Part shown: positions 8,663 to 17,809 of the stretch, piece after piece
Layout: each line of letters begins with the position of its first letter
Numbering within the stretch: the first letter of the stretch is position 1
The notes under the pieces: model-generated
The model's input: only the letters and a program-made list of their open reading frames with translations
The model's database searches: none
What the model was told of the DNA's origin: nothing
Source of the DNA: a virus
DNA: 64,000 bases
Virus record (IMG/VR): IMGVR_UViG_3300031552_000001
Coordinates: 32,001 to 96,000 of that record
Strand: one strand, 5' to 3'
Program-made: the position numbers and the translations under genes

Positions 8663-9452
8663 GTGCGGAGAAAAAACTTGTGCTTCTCAAAAAGGAAAGT
8701 TCTGCGAGTTTTTGTATGTAGAGAGATTTGGTACAACCCCCTTCTGCAAATTGTTTTCTGAACAGTTAAGAATAAAGGGGCATGTTCCCTTGGAAGAGGT
8801 AGACGGGTGGTTGCAGCGTCATCCAAGGTGTCTCGAGCTCGAAAGCAAGTTAGAGGCCCTGCCTTTAGAAAACTTCTCGGATAAAAATATCCGACTTTTC
8901 GGAAACGAGTTGTCTCTTACAGGGGCCTTATTCTCGAGTAATGAGGAAGGGTACATCTGCTTATTTCCTACTCAAAAAGCGCCACCTAACATAGCAGTCA
9001 TGCCATTAGATATTGAGGAGTGGAAACACCTTCTCAAGCAATTAGACACTCAAGAGGTGGAAGTAATTCAAACCGCTTCAGATGGAACGGTTACCAAAGC
9101 AATTTTGAGAAAAAGTCAGAGACTTATCGAACAGAGGGTCTCCTGGAGTGTATTTCGACGAGACAGCTACCGTTGCAGGTATTGTGGCGCCACTGGGGTT
9201 CCGCTGACCGTAGACCATTTAGTTCTATGGGAAGAAGGGGGGCCCAGCACAGAAGATAACCTCCTTACTGCCTGCCGCCCCTGCAATAAGACTAGAGGTA
9301 ACTTGCCATATGAAGAATGGCTTAAACACCCTTACTACCTTGAGAAAGCACGCAACGGCCTCTCGAGAGGACAGCAATGCGCCTTAGCGGCTATTGTGCC
9401 TCGCCTAAAAGACATTGAGCGTAGAGTGTCCAAACGTTCAACAAGAAAATGA
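8631..9452 (+). CDS. HNH endonuclease (McrA-type C-terminal domain) with Cys-rich N-terminal domain
   Basis: VFRRDSYRCRYCG...LTVDHLV...GGPSTEDNLLTACRPCNKTRG. Confidence 0.85.
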   Translation: MKKRHLSLPIECGEKTCASQKGKFCEFLYVERFGTTPFCKLFSEQLRIKGHVPLEEVDGWLQRHPRCLELESKLEALPLENFSDKNIRLFGNELSLTGALFSSNEEGYICLFPTQKAPPNIAVMPLDIEEWKHLLKQLDTQEVEVIQTASDGTVTKAILRKSQRLIEQRVSWSVFRRDSYRCRYCGATGVPLTVDHLVLWEEGGPSTEDNLLTACRPCNKTRGNLPYEEWLKHPYYLEKARNGLSRGQQCALAAIVPRLKDIERRVSKRSTRK

Positions 9453-9464
9453 CAGGAGATTTTT

Positions 9465-10040
9465 ATGATAGTCATTGTTGGATTAGGCGCTTTGGGCTCT
9501 CACTTGGCTTTAGTTTTAAGGAACCACAAAGAGGGGCTACATCTAATTGATTTCGATAGAGTGGACTCTCATAACACTCAAGCTCAGTTCCACGGTGTAA
9601 GAGATATTCGACTCAAAAAATCGGAGTCTTTGAAGAAGAATCTATTTGGGCTATTTGGCTCAAAAGTACTGGCTACCCCCCATAGAGTAGAAGAAACCAA
9701 CGCAGAGACACTGCTTTCTTCCAACGAGGTCGTAGCAGATTGTACAGACAACTACGTTGCTCGGCAGCTCATACAAAAAGTATGTACCAAACTGCCCGTG
9801 CCATGCCTACACGGAGCTCTTTCAGGTGATGGGCTGTTTAGCCGAGTAGTGTGGGATGAGCACTTTACAGAAGCGGACAGGGAGGACGAAGAGGGCGGTG
9901 CTACTTGCGAGAATGGAGAAAGGCTACCATTCTTCTCTTTCGTCAGCTCTTTTATGGGAGGGGAAATACAGCACTTTCTGAAAACTGGCCAGAAGAGGAG
10001 TTTTCAGCTTACCTCTTCTTCAGTTCTTCGACTTGCTTAG
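9465..10040 (+). CDS. ThiF/E1-family adenylating enzyme (standalone)
   Basis: IVIVGLGALGS Rossmann motif, LIDFDRVDSHN, VADCTDN. Candidate catalytic Cys in GATCE (codon 9906-9908). Confidence 0.88.
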   Translation: MIVIVGLGALGSHLALVLRNHKEGLHLIDFDRVDSHNTQAQFHGVRDIRLKKSESLKKNLFGLFGSKVLATPHRVEETNAETLLSSNEVVADCTDNYVARQLIQKVCTKLPVPCLHGALSGDGLFSRVVWDEHFTEADREDEEGGATCENGERLPFFSFVSSFMGGEIQHFLKTGQKRSFQLTSSSVLRLA

Positions 10041-10044
10041 CTTA

Positions 10045-10081
10045 GAAGAGAGTGAGTATTTCTCACTCTCTTCAATTTTTT
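10045..10081 (+). terminator. Intrinsic terminator between convergent transcription units
   Basis: GAAGAGAGTGAG / CTCACTCTCTTC perfect 12-bp stem, 5-nt loop, then AATTTTTT. Confidence 0.8.
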
Positions 10082-10086
10082 AGCCC

Positions 10087-10371
10087 TTAGACTTCCGGAT
10101 GTTCCAGCTCCTCTACAATGGGTTCATCGGCTTCTGTTTCTTCGCAGCGATAGGGTTTTTCGTCATCTTGCATAGCGTAAGCAAATCCTCGAGCCTTAAT
10201 GACGAATTTAGCTTCCGCCTTCGAATCTGATAAACAAACTTCGGCGTCAACAAAATCAATTTCCATACCTGCAGAGCGGAAGGTCTCTAGAATGGGAGAA
10301 ATAAACTCTGAAGGGGTTACTTTCTTTGAAGAGGTTTGAGGTAAATCAATAACGGCCTTTTTACGAGGCAT
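10087..10371 (-). CDS. Small hypothetical protein (acidic C-terminus)
   Basis: AAAGGA RBS before ATG; last gene of the - strand block. Confidence 0.6.
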   Translation of the reverse strand: MPRKKAVIDLPQTSSKKVTPSEFISPILETFRSAGMEIDFVDAEVCLSDSKAEAKFVIKARGFAYAMQDDEKPYRCEETEADEPIVEELEHPEV

Positions 10372-10535
10372 GATCTGGTCCTTTGTAAAAGTTCGTGTTT
10401 GGCTTCACAATCGCTGCTTTTAATTTCACCAACGGTCTTGCCTGTCAAGATACGAAGGGGGCCCCAGCCAGGCGGCCAGAACCTAGCTGGGGCGCGCAGG
10501 GCTCAGGGAGACCAGACCCTTATACCCCGCGCCGT

Positions 10536-10760
10536 TTACGGTGAAGGTGGGCCTATCCTAGGAGCGTAAGCTCTCGAACTTTCCAATTTTTTTAGCTTGG
10601 CTCTAGGAGCAGATAAGTTTTGGAGTCTGCCGTCCGTGCCTGCAGGGTTAGACGTTAGAAGGTGAGCTCCCCCGTTTCCGGCAAGACCTGGTATACCGGG
10701 CACGCTAGCGGATTCCTTTAACAGAATACCGCTAGCTCTAGACGCCCTAAGCAGTTTCAC
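10536..10760 (-). CDS. Small hypothetical protein downstream of tail tube
   Basis: GTG start 2 nt after the tube stop codon; no recognisable domain. Confidence 0.4.
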   Translation of the reverse strand: MKLLRASRASGILLKESASVPGIPGLAGNGGAHLLTSNPAGTDGRLQNLSAPRAKLKKLESSRAYAPRIGPPSP

Positions 10761-10762
10761 GA

Positions 10763-11491
10763 TTACAGCCCTATAGCAGAGCCTTCAGACGCCCCCAAAG
10801 ACACTAACGGCAGCGCACTAACCGCCACGGCATATGCCCGTTCAAACTGAACGGCCGCGTTTTCTTGGATCACAGTACCTTGCGCGTCCGTAGCCATAGT
10901 GTGGTTCGGAATATAGCAAGATTCCATGTAACAGGAACCGACAGTATCCTCATTGCTGTCTCGCAGGTACAACATCATGCCTACAGGCTGCGAAAAGAGG
11001 TCGGACGCTAAGTTAAGATACAGGTTTTCATAACCCGGCGCTACCTTCACGTCATGAGGGTTAGCTACAGTCAACGCCCCTACATTATCTGCCCCTATAA
11101 CAGAGGGGATAATTGTAGGAGGGAACAGGTCTTGGTAGTACGCATACAGCACGCGCAGCAGAGAAGGGCCGTGGTACATGACCCTGCTCAAGCCCAACTG
11201 TCCCACGGTATGCCCTGAGACAAAAAAACTCCTCTGAGACCCGATTTCCCAGATTCGATTAAACTGTCTGTTGTGGCTCAAGCTAAAGTTTTGAACGATA
11301 CCGAGCGGATACACGATATCATCCACGGCTCCGCTTGTTGCCCCCGTTCCAGCCAACGTCCCTACACCAATATTAGCTAATCTAGGAGGGCCTGCGGCTA
11401 ACATAGTGAAGGAGGCGTTAAGAAATTGACCGTCCACCAGACCGCTCTGCACATACCGTTGATACGGTTGCCATTCACTGAAGCGAGCCAT
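10763..11491 (-). CDS. Tail tube protein
   Basis: LGIVQNFSLSHNRQFNRIWEIGSQRSFFVSG...CYI.NH...VIQENAAVQFER tube pattern; GGAG RBS; near the sheath gene. Confidence 0.8.
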   Translation of the reverse strand: MARFSEWQPYQRYVQSGLVDGQFLNASFTMLAAGPPRLANIGVGTLAGTGATSGAVDDIVYPLGIVQNFSLSHNRQFNRIWEIGSQRSFFVSGHTVGQLGLSRVMYHGPSLLRVLYAYYQDLFPPTIIPSVIGADNVGALTVANPHDVKVAPGYENLYLNLASDLFSQPVGMMLYLRDSNEDTVGSCYMESCYIPNHTMATDAQGTVIQENAAVQFERAYAVAVSALPLVSLGASEGSAIGL

Positions 11492-11546
11492 ATGAGGTCT
11501 CCTTTACGATTAAGGTGTGTCGCAACGCTAACATAATGACCTTACA

Positions 11547-12851
11547 TCAAGTTACGATACCTAACGTAAGGGCGTTCGAGCGGTGACCGTTACTCACTAC
11601 CACAAGGGAGGCAGAGTCGCCGTTAGCAGAGCCCGTAAAGTCGCTGACTGCCATGGCGATTGCTGTATCCGTAATGGTACCGTTAACGGTCTGTTCAAGA
11701 TTGTTGACTAGTACTTCGACTCCTGACCCTACACCGCCTGCAAGTGGGGTAGCCGCTGCCACAACAACGGGATCTCCGCCGCCGCCGGAAACAGCAACTT
11801 GCACGAGGGCATGTGCCGCAGCATAAGCGTCGACGGCCGCTTTCACGTCTGCGGCAGTGGAGGTGCCCGTATTGAGCGTAACAGTAATCGCCGTACCCAC
11901 TACAGCAACAGATAGGGCACCACCAGTTGCCAGTTCGACCGTAATGGAATTACCAGGCGTACCTGGACGGTTGGCACTAAAAGCTAGAGAAGCGGCCCCC
12001 GTACCAAAAGTATACGAAGCAAAAGACTGCCCCTGGAGAAAATTATCTCCGGCAATTGCCGCGGCAACGGGAGACCCTGCAATACTCACAGAAGTGCCTC
12101 CTGTTACTTTACCGATAAGCGGATAGTCCGCTTCTGGGGTACGGATAGCCAGACTCAGAGTGTTTGTAAGACGACCATTGGTACGCACTTGGAGAGCCGC
12201 AGAGTCGGCATCTGAAATCCCGCTCAAGTCAAAAATGGCTGTAAAGCCCGTAGCCGTAACTGCGGAGACCACGGTTTGGTCGACGCCGTTTAACAGGACT
12301 TCAAAGCCCGAGCCCACTCCACCAGAAAGAGCTGTTGCAACTGCATCAAGTACGGTACCACCGCCACCGCCAGAGACAGCCACTTGCACGAGGGCATGAG
12401 CGTCCGCATCGGCGTCAATAGCGGCCTTCACCGCAGCAGCCGTAGAACCCGCGGCCGCTAAGGTCACAGTAATAGCGGTGCCTACAACTGCAACGGAAAG
12501 AGCTCCGACGCCAGTAGTCAAAGCCACTGTAATGCTGTTTCCGTCAGTGCCGGGTCGATTAGCAGTGAATGCCAAAGAGGCGGTAGTCAGCCCCAAGGTC
12601 AAAGTAGCCGCAACCTGGTCTTGAAGAAGGTCGGAACCTACAACACCGTATGTGGCAGTAGGGTCTTGCTTATCAATAGCGCCTCCCCCTACCACCTGAG
12701 TAAGTTGAGGATATCCAGAGAGCGACTCAAGGGTGACCATAGCCTCCTCTACGTCATCTCGAAGATCTTGGACTTCCGCCTGTAAACCGCCACTTCCTCG
12801 AACCAAATGAGGCTTGTCAGGGCCCTTTGAACCGAATGCCTTTGATGCCAT
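11547..12851 (-). CDS. Tail-associated structural protein with two tandem ~195-aa repeats
   Basis: Repeat ASLAF.ANRPGT.GNSITV.L...ALSVAVVGTAITVTL...STAA.VKAA.DA...AHALVQVAVSGGGG occurs twice, 585 nt apart. Located between sheath and tube genes. Confidence 0.7.
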   Translation of the reverse strand: MASKAFGSKGPDKPHLVRGSGGLQAEVQDLRDDVEEAMVTLESLSGYPQLTQVVGGGAIDKQDPTATYGVVGSDLLQDQVAATLTLGLTTASLAFTANRPGTDGNSITVALTTGVGALSVAVVGTAITVTLAAAGSTAAAVKAAIDADADAHALVQVAVSGGGGGTVLDAVATALSGGVGSGFEVLLNGVDQTVVSAVTATGFTAIFDLSGISDADSAALQVRTNGRLTNTLSLAIRTPEADYPLIGKVTGGTSVSIAGSPVAAAIAGDNFLQGQSFASYTFGTGAASLAFSANRPGTPGNSITVELATGGALSVAVVGTAITVTLNTGTSTAADVKAAVDAYAAAHALVQVAVSGGGGDPVVVAAATPLAGGVGSGVEVLVNNLEQTVNGTITDTAIAMAVSDFTGSANGDSASLVVVSNGHRSNALTLGIVT

Positions 12852-12911
12852 GATTTTCTCCTTAGAGCTAAAAATTGGCGAGAGGGCCCGCCAGTTTTTC
12901 GTTAATTATGA

Positions 12912-13265
12912 CTACTCTTCCTCAAAGGCCTCTTCATCAAGACCCTCTTCATCGATTTCGTCTTCATCTTCGCACTCAAGTTTATTGAGTATCCCCTCTT
13001 TGCACAAAGCCTCTCCGAGTTCTTCATCACACACTACCTGAATAAAATGAGCATCCGCGTGCTCTATCTCTAAACCCTGGTCTGACGCCAACTCTGACAT
13101 TCGGTCTAAGGTATCCGCAGCACTCCTTAGCAATTCCGCATAGGCTGTAAAAGCTTCGGCATCTGCATTAGAAACCCCATTAGACTTCGCATGCTCCAAA
13201 CAGTAGCCTAGGTCATCACCCTGTTTAAAGTACGGAAGGTGCAACTCGTAAGATTTAGAAGTCAT
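12912..13265 (-). CDS. Acidic hypothetical protein
   Basis: Intact ORF directly after the HNH gene; Glu/Asp-rich tail. Confidence 0.65.
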   Translation of the reverse strand: MTSKSYELHLPYFKQGDDLGYCLEHAKSNGVSNADAEAFTAYAELLRSAADTLDRMSELASDQGLEIEHADAHFIQVVCDEELGEALCKEGILNKLECEDEDEIDEEGLDEEAFEEE

Positions 13266-13283
13266 TTAGTCTTTCTCTCTTCA

Positions 13284-14093
13284 CTACACTGTAACCATGA
13301 TGCTAATTCTTCTTTTACCACGTCCGATAGGTCGTGGGATTGAAGTAAAAACTTGAGCCGCTAGTTTTTGGTCGTACTCGTGACCAGGAGGATGCCCCTG
13401 GCCTCGCCGAGCCCTCCTATCCATCACTTCTAAATTCTCTGGTCGGTTGTCCGACCGATTTCCGTTCCTGTGATGAACTATTTCCCAATCCTCTAAATAG
13501 CGCCCAAGCGCCTGCTCCATTACCAAGCGGTGCTCGAGCATAAGCCCCGACTTCTGTGCTCTTGGGTGCCCTTCTGGAGCCCAAACTAAAACGTAACCCT
13601 GTTTGTCGTAACGAGGCTCCGTCCTCCTCGGGCGACCTGCGGGTAATCGATCTCTTAACCTGTTCCCTTGAGTGTCGATCCGACCTTTCCTTTTTAGTTC
13701 GGCATGACAACCACACATGCCCCGACTGATAGCCCTCTTTGAGCACCCAGGCACTAAGCAAAGGGTCTGAGGACCCTTTTCTCGTAACCGCAACACCTTG
13801 AGTTCTTCCCCCCGTTTTCTTTGCTGCCAATGACCAGTGCAAAGACCGTCTCCGCAAGGACGGTTTGTGCAGCCATCTACTAAGCATTGGGCTCCTGGCC
13901 CGTAACTGCCCACCCGTTTGAATGGTCGAAGTTGTTTTCCAGTTTCCCAATCGAAGATACTCCGTAAGGCATAAATGTAATGACGATGGCAAAAACCCCG
14001 GCTCCCTCCCTTTATAGTATTTTCGCACCCCTCTGCTTTGCATACTGGCCACGGTTCTTTTCTTTTAGGTCGTCCTGGATGTCGTAAATTCAT
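13284..14093 (-). CDS. Free-standing HNH homing endonuclease with N-terminal Cys/His repeats
   Basis: LEHRLVMEQALGRYL..WEIVHHRNGNRSDNRPENLEV. Three C-x4-C...C..H repeats. Start at ATG 14093 after AAGGAGG. Confidence 0.9.
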   Translation of the reverse strand: MNLRHPGRPKRKEPWPVCKAEGCENTIKGGSRGFCHRHYIYALRSIFDWETGKQLRPFKRVGSYGPGAQCLVDGCTNRPCGDGLCTGHWQQRKRGEELKVLRLREKGPQTLCLVPGCSKRAISRGMCGCHAELKRKGRIDTQGNRLRDRLPAGRPRRTEPRYDKQGYVLVWAPEGHPRAQKSGLMLEHRLVMEQALGRYLEDWEIVHHRNGNRSDNRPENLEVMDRRARRGQGHPPGHEYDQKLAAQVFTSIPRPIGRGKRRISIMVTV

Positions 14094-14124
14094 AGTGACC
14101 TCCTTGGTCACTATTATTATACCA
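14092..14124 (-). promoter_or_regulatory. Extended -10 promoter (TG-G-TATAAT) plus RBS-sequestering hairpin of the HNH gene
   Basis: - strand reads TGGTATAAT A ATAGTGACC AAGGA GGTCACTAT G. The 9-bp perfect stem covers the RBS end and the ATG. Confidence 0.75.
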
Positions 14125-14133
14125 CAATTGACG

Positions 14134-17100
14134 TTAGATTATTAGGGTCAGCCTCAAATAGTTCGCAGGGAAGGGAACGTCGATCGTGACGTCCACCAGA
14201 ATAGTGTCAGGAGCGCTAGCATCTTGAATCAAATTATTGACGTCTGCGCCAATAAGAACCCCTGACTCAATAAGAAAGTTAAGCTGCCCCTGCACAACCG
14301 TCGATAAACTATCCAGAAACCCTTGTGTGATATTAGAGCGGCCTATGAAGTTGCGAAGACCTGCCCGCATAAACTTTGCGGTAAAGTCCACGACCTTAGT
14401 AATCGACAGCTCCCTGGTTTCAATCGATGAGTTGTCAGTAGACAGTTGGTGTCTGCAAATAACAGGCGCCCCTACCGCATCCCGTACCAGAATATAAACC
14501 CCGCCTGCGGCGATGATATTAAGATGCGTATTGGTAAACTTATCGTTTGAGCCAATAGGGCGCGTTAATCCGGTAATGGGGAAGTTAGTAAATCCCTGCT
14601 GTGGAGGCTGCTGCCCTACCATGCCCACAATACAAGCCGTGGCATAGTAACCGCTTACAGACTGCTCCAATCCAGTGACGTTAATTGCCACTTGATCTGG
14701 GAACACATAATAGCCTCGACGGAAGCCATAAGCCTGAGCAGATTCTTGAATCGTAGAGGCAATAGCTGCCCTGTCTGGGCGGGTAGTACCAGAAAGAAGT
14801 AGTTGCTCGCCCCTAATAAAGACGCTCCAATCATCACTGATGACTGTAGTGGGGAACGCATCGCTGCTGTAGAAGGAATCCTCGTTTCCATCCCCAGCAG
14901 CAAACGTAGTACGAAGAGTGAGAGTAGTTCCGGCAGTGACCTTCTGGACAAGGTAATACTTATCGTCGTCTCCGATATCTAAGTACACCTCGTTATCGAT
15001 TTCGCCCGTAGTGGGGTTAATATCGAGATTGGGGTCAATTCCAGCGGCAATAAGAGCCGGAGCGAGGTTGACATCGACAGTGCACTCATTCGCGGTGGCT
15101 GTAGTATTGAGGTCCGTACCAGATCCTACAATCTCAGGATTTGCCCTATCCGGCATAGGAGGATTAAAGAAGTAAATCCTTTCCCCCTTCTGCTCAGGCT
15201 CCGACATCGCGTTAACATGCGTCAAAAACGCCTGATGCACCGTGCTGAGCTGAGAAGCAGTAGCTAGCGCATATACTTCCTCATTCTCCAAAAAGTCTGC
15301 GCATCGAGCGTACCCTGCGGGGGTGCCGTCAGGAGCATCAGCGGAAACCTCCGGCACACCAATTGCGGCCACAGAAGTAGCTGTTGCGTTTAACAACGCC
15401 AAGTAAGCCATAAGTGCGCCGGGGTTATCAGTGCTTATAGGGTCAGCGGCCTCTTCAAGCGTAGAGATGTCGTCGATAGTCAAAAGAGCCGGATTATCAG
15501 CATCCGGACTCAAATCTAGACGAAGACCCTTATACGCAATGACTATCGGAGCAAACCCTGGGTTGAACGGGGTTCCGGTCAGCCCATCCCGAAGTATCTG
15601 GCTTTGAACAACTGCATTTCCAGAAATGTCTATAGCCAAGTCTGGTGCGGGCCTGCCATCTCCAACTGTAGAACTGGATCCCGTAAAGCCAAGAATGGTA
15701 TTGGCAGTCCCGGCGCCAATAAGTATCTTCGACGCTTCTCCAACCTTTACGCTGGTCAGCTTCAATGCGGGGGGACTAGAGCTGCTAGCTGCCGCAATAT
15801 TCGGAGTGAGTTCATTGATTCTATCCACAATAGAATCAAGAGAAGTTCCGTTGTCGTCCTCATCCTTCTGAAGCGTAACACTCCAAACTTTCGGATTACT
15901 GTCTAGCGACCACTCAAACGTTTTACCGTTCAAATCGGCATCAGTACCCGTAACCGGGCTGCCGTCAACAGCAAAAAGAGTGTCTGTTCCACCTGTAACT
16001 TGAACGCTAGCGGTGCTACCGACGTTCTCGTTCCTGGTACGGAACGCCAGGTAAGTACCAGCCGCGTCCTCCACGCCGGTAACAAGCGCGGTATACGCCT
16101 CAGTATAGACTGCCTGGGAATTCCAGTCCGCGACCGCAGCAGCTATTGTTGCATGAGCCGCCGCCCAAGTAATTGTTTCCGAACTTTTAGCGACTCCCAG
16201 ATAAGTAGGAGTGTAGATTACCGTTTGACCTGACGTTCTGGCCGTAAAGGCAGCGGAGGCCACCTTTATTGCAGGCAAGCCCGGGCGGTACCGTATATTC
16301 TCACCGACGTCTGAAAGAGGAAGAGAAGTAAAGCCTAAATCCGAAGCTACAGTCGAGGCGGCAACTGTTATAGCGGCATCACTTCCAGTATTAGCCGCAA
16401 GAGTTCTGAACCCAAGATGCGTAGCTACGGCAGCGTCAACTTCGTCCCCGACATCATTGGAGGCGTACGTTTCAAAATTCGTAGCCTGCGCGTTAATTTG
16501 AGCTATAGCGTAGGCTAACGTACTCCAAGAGTCAGCTCCAACTCCCGTACCCGAGCTGACCGTTTCAGTAGATTGAGCCACGCCGCTCACGGTTACGTCT
16601 ACCGAGATACTTTCACTCGGAGACGACGTACCAGAAAAAGCGCTTTGAGGCACCACGTACGGCCTGCTGGCTGCTACAGCGGCTACGGTGCCTGTGACAG
16701 TCGCGGCCGCGCTGGCACTCGGAGCAGGATATACGAGGTTGTTGGCTTCTATCCATACTCTTCGAGGGGCAAACTTAGCCCCCTGGGATATAATGTTTTG
16801 CTCTACTTCCATTGTTAGTAGAGCGCTTTCCACTGTAGCCACTTGGCCTATAGCAATTCCATCGGCGATTAAATCATCGCCTACTGCAATACTGTCACTC
16901 AAGAAGTTTGGAGCAGTAATGTAGGCCGTACCGAGAGAAGACACCGTCCCCTGCTGGTTTCCAACATATACCGCAAGCCGGGGGCTAGTGTAATCTCCGT
17001 CACTATCGTCTACGGCGTAAAAGCCTGAACCCACCGCGATAGTATCATCTGCGGCACTGAAGCCCAACCTTGTAGCTCCCACATTGGCAGAGCCTTCTTT

Positions 17101-17766
17101 TCTTACAACAACAGAGGCTCCAGCACCGTAGTTCGTAGAGGTAAGAACAAGAACCCCTGTTCCTCCTGTTGCGGACCTAGAAGCCAAGCCGGGAACCAAA
17201 GCATTGATTTGGTCGATTACCTCGTCAAGAGTTAGGACACCCCCCGGCGTAGAAGCAGCGAAAGTTACCGTGATGTTACCCGACGTAGGTAAGGTGCCGG
17301 ACGTGGGAGGCAGTGCAGTGTGCCCATCAAGCAACAGGATAAGGGTTCTACCGTCTAGGTCGTAACCACCTCCTGTACCTGTTTCAGTAGAAGTCCCCTC
17401 TACGTACGGCTGCAAAGAAACGGTAGGGTCAAGGTAGCTTTTAAGAAATGCAGACTCTCTTGATAGCTCCCTGAGCTCTCCTCCAAATTCAAAGAATACG
17501 CGCACCGTATCCTCTAGCACGTCCACTTCATCAATGTTATCTCGAGGAGAAGGGAAAGACGACTGGAGGACGGTCTGCTCAAGTTGCTCATATAAAGAGC
17601 TTATCTTGGCATCACTATTTACCGTGCCGTCACTTTGAAGCGCTTCGATAACTTCAAAGAATGGGGCTATTACGCAAGGAACTAGCGTAGGAGTAACTAT
17701 AGTGGGAGACGTGGATGCGAACTCTTGCACCACTTCGACCCCGGGTCGGGGGAGTTCAGTAGCCAT
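14134..17766 (-). CDS. Contractile tail sheath protein with large inserted domains
   Basis: N-terminus ELPRPGVEVVQE. C-terminus CRHQLSTD...RELSITKVVDF...ILVDVTIDVPFPANYLRLTL. About 1210 aa. Confidence 0.92.
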   Translation of the reverse strand: MATELPRPGVEVVQEFASTSPTIVTPTLVPCVIAPFFEVIEALQSDGTVNSDAKISSLYEQLEQTVLQSSFPSPRDNIDEVDVLEDTVRVFFEFGGELRELSRESAFLKSYLDPTVSLQPYVEGTSTETGTGGGYDLDGRTLILLLDGHTALPPTSGTLPTSGNITVTFAASTPGGVLTLDEVIDQINALVPGLASRSATGGTGVLVLTSTNYGAGASVVVRKEGSANVGATRLGFSAADDTIAVGSGFYAVDDSDGDYTSPRLAVYVGNQQGTVSSLGTAYITAPNFLSDSIAVGDDLIADGIAIGQVATVESALLTMEVEQNIISQGAKFAPRRVWIEANNLVYPAPSASAAATVTGTVAAVAASRPYVVPQSAFSGTSSPSESISVDVTVSGVAQSTETVSSGTGVGADSWSTLAYAIAQINAQATNFETYASNDVGDEVDAAVATHLGFRTLAANTGSDAAITVAASTVASDLGFTSLPLSDVGENIRYRPGLPAIKVASAAFTARTSGQTVIYTPTYLGVAKSSETITWAAAHATIAAAVADWNSQAVYTEAYTALVTGVEDAAGTYLAFRTRNENVGSTASVQVTGGTDTLFAVDGSPVTGTDADLNGKTFEWSLDSNPKVWSVTLQKDEDDNGTSLDSIVDRINELTPNIAAASSSSPPALKLTSVKVGEASKILIGAGTANTILGFTGSSSTVGDGRPAPDLAIDISGNAVVQSQILRDGLTGTPFNPGFAPIVIAYKGLRLDLSPDADNPALLTIDDISTLEEAADPISTDNPGALMAYLALLNATATSVAAIGVPEVSADAPDGTPAGYARCADFLENEEVYALATASQLSTVHQAFLTHVNAMSEPEQKGERIYFFNPPMPDRANPEIVGSGTDLNTTATANECTVDVNLAPALIAAGIDPNLDINPTTGEIDNEVYLDIGDDDKYYLVQKVTAGTTLTLRTTFAAGDGNEDSFYSSDAFPTTVISDDWSVFIRGEQLLLSGTTRPDRAAIASTIQESAQAYGFRRGYYVFPDQVAINVTGLEQSVSGYYATACIVGMVGQQPPQQGFTNFPITGLTRPIGSNDKFTNTHLNIIAAGGVYILVRDAVGAPVICRHQLSTDNSSIETRELSITKVVDFTAKFMRAGLRNFIGRSNITQGFLDSLSTVVQGQLNFLIESGVLIGADVNNLIQDASAPDTILVDVTIDVPFPANYLRLTLII

Positions 17767-17809
17767 TTTTAACACCTTTCAACAAGTCGCAGTGTTCTGT
17801 AGCCATAAT

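Noticed and set aside
10405-10445. Sigma70 promoter for the gene at 10371 (TTGACA at about 10442-10447 on the - strand)
   Set aside because: No acceptable -10 hexamer at 16-18 nt spacing, and the TTGACA lies within a small hairpin.
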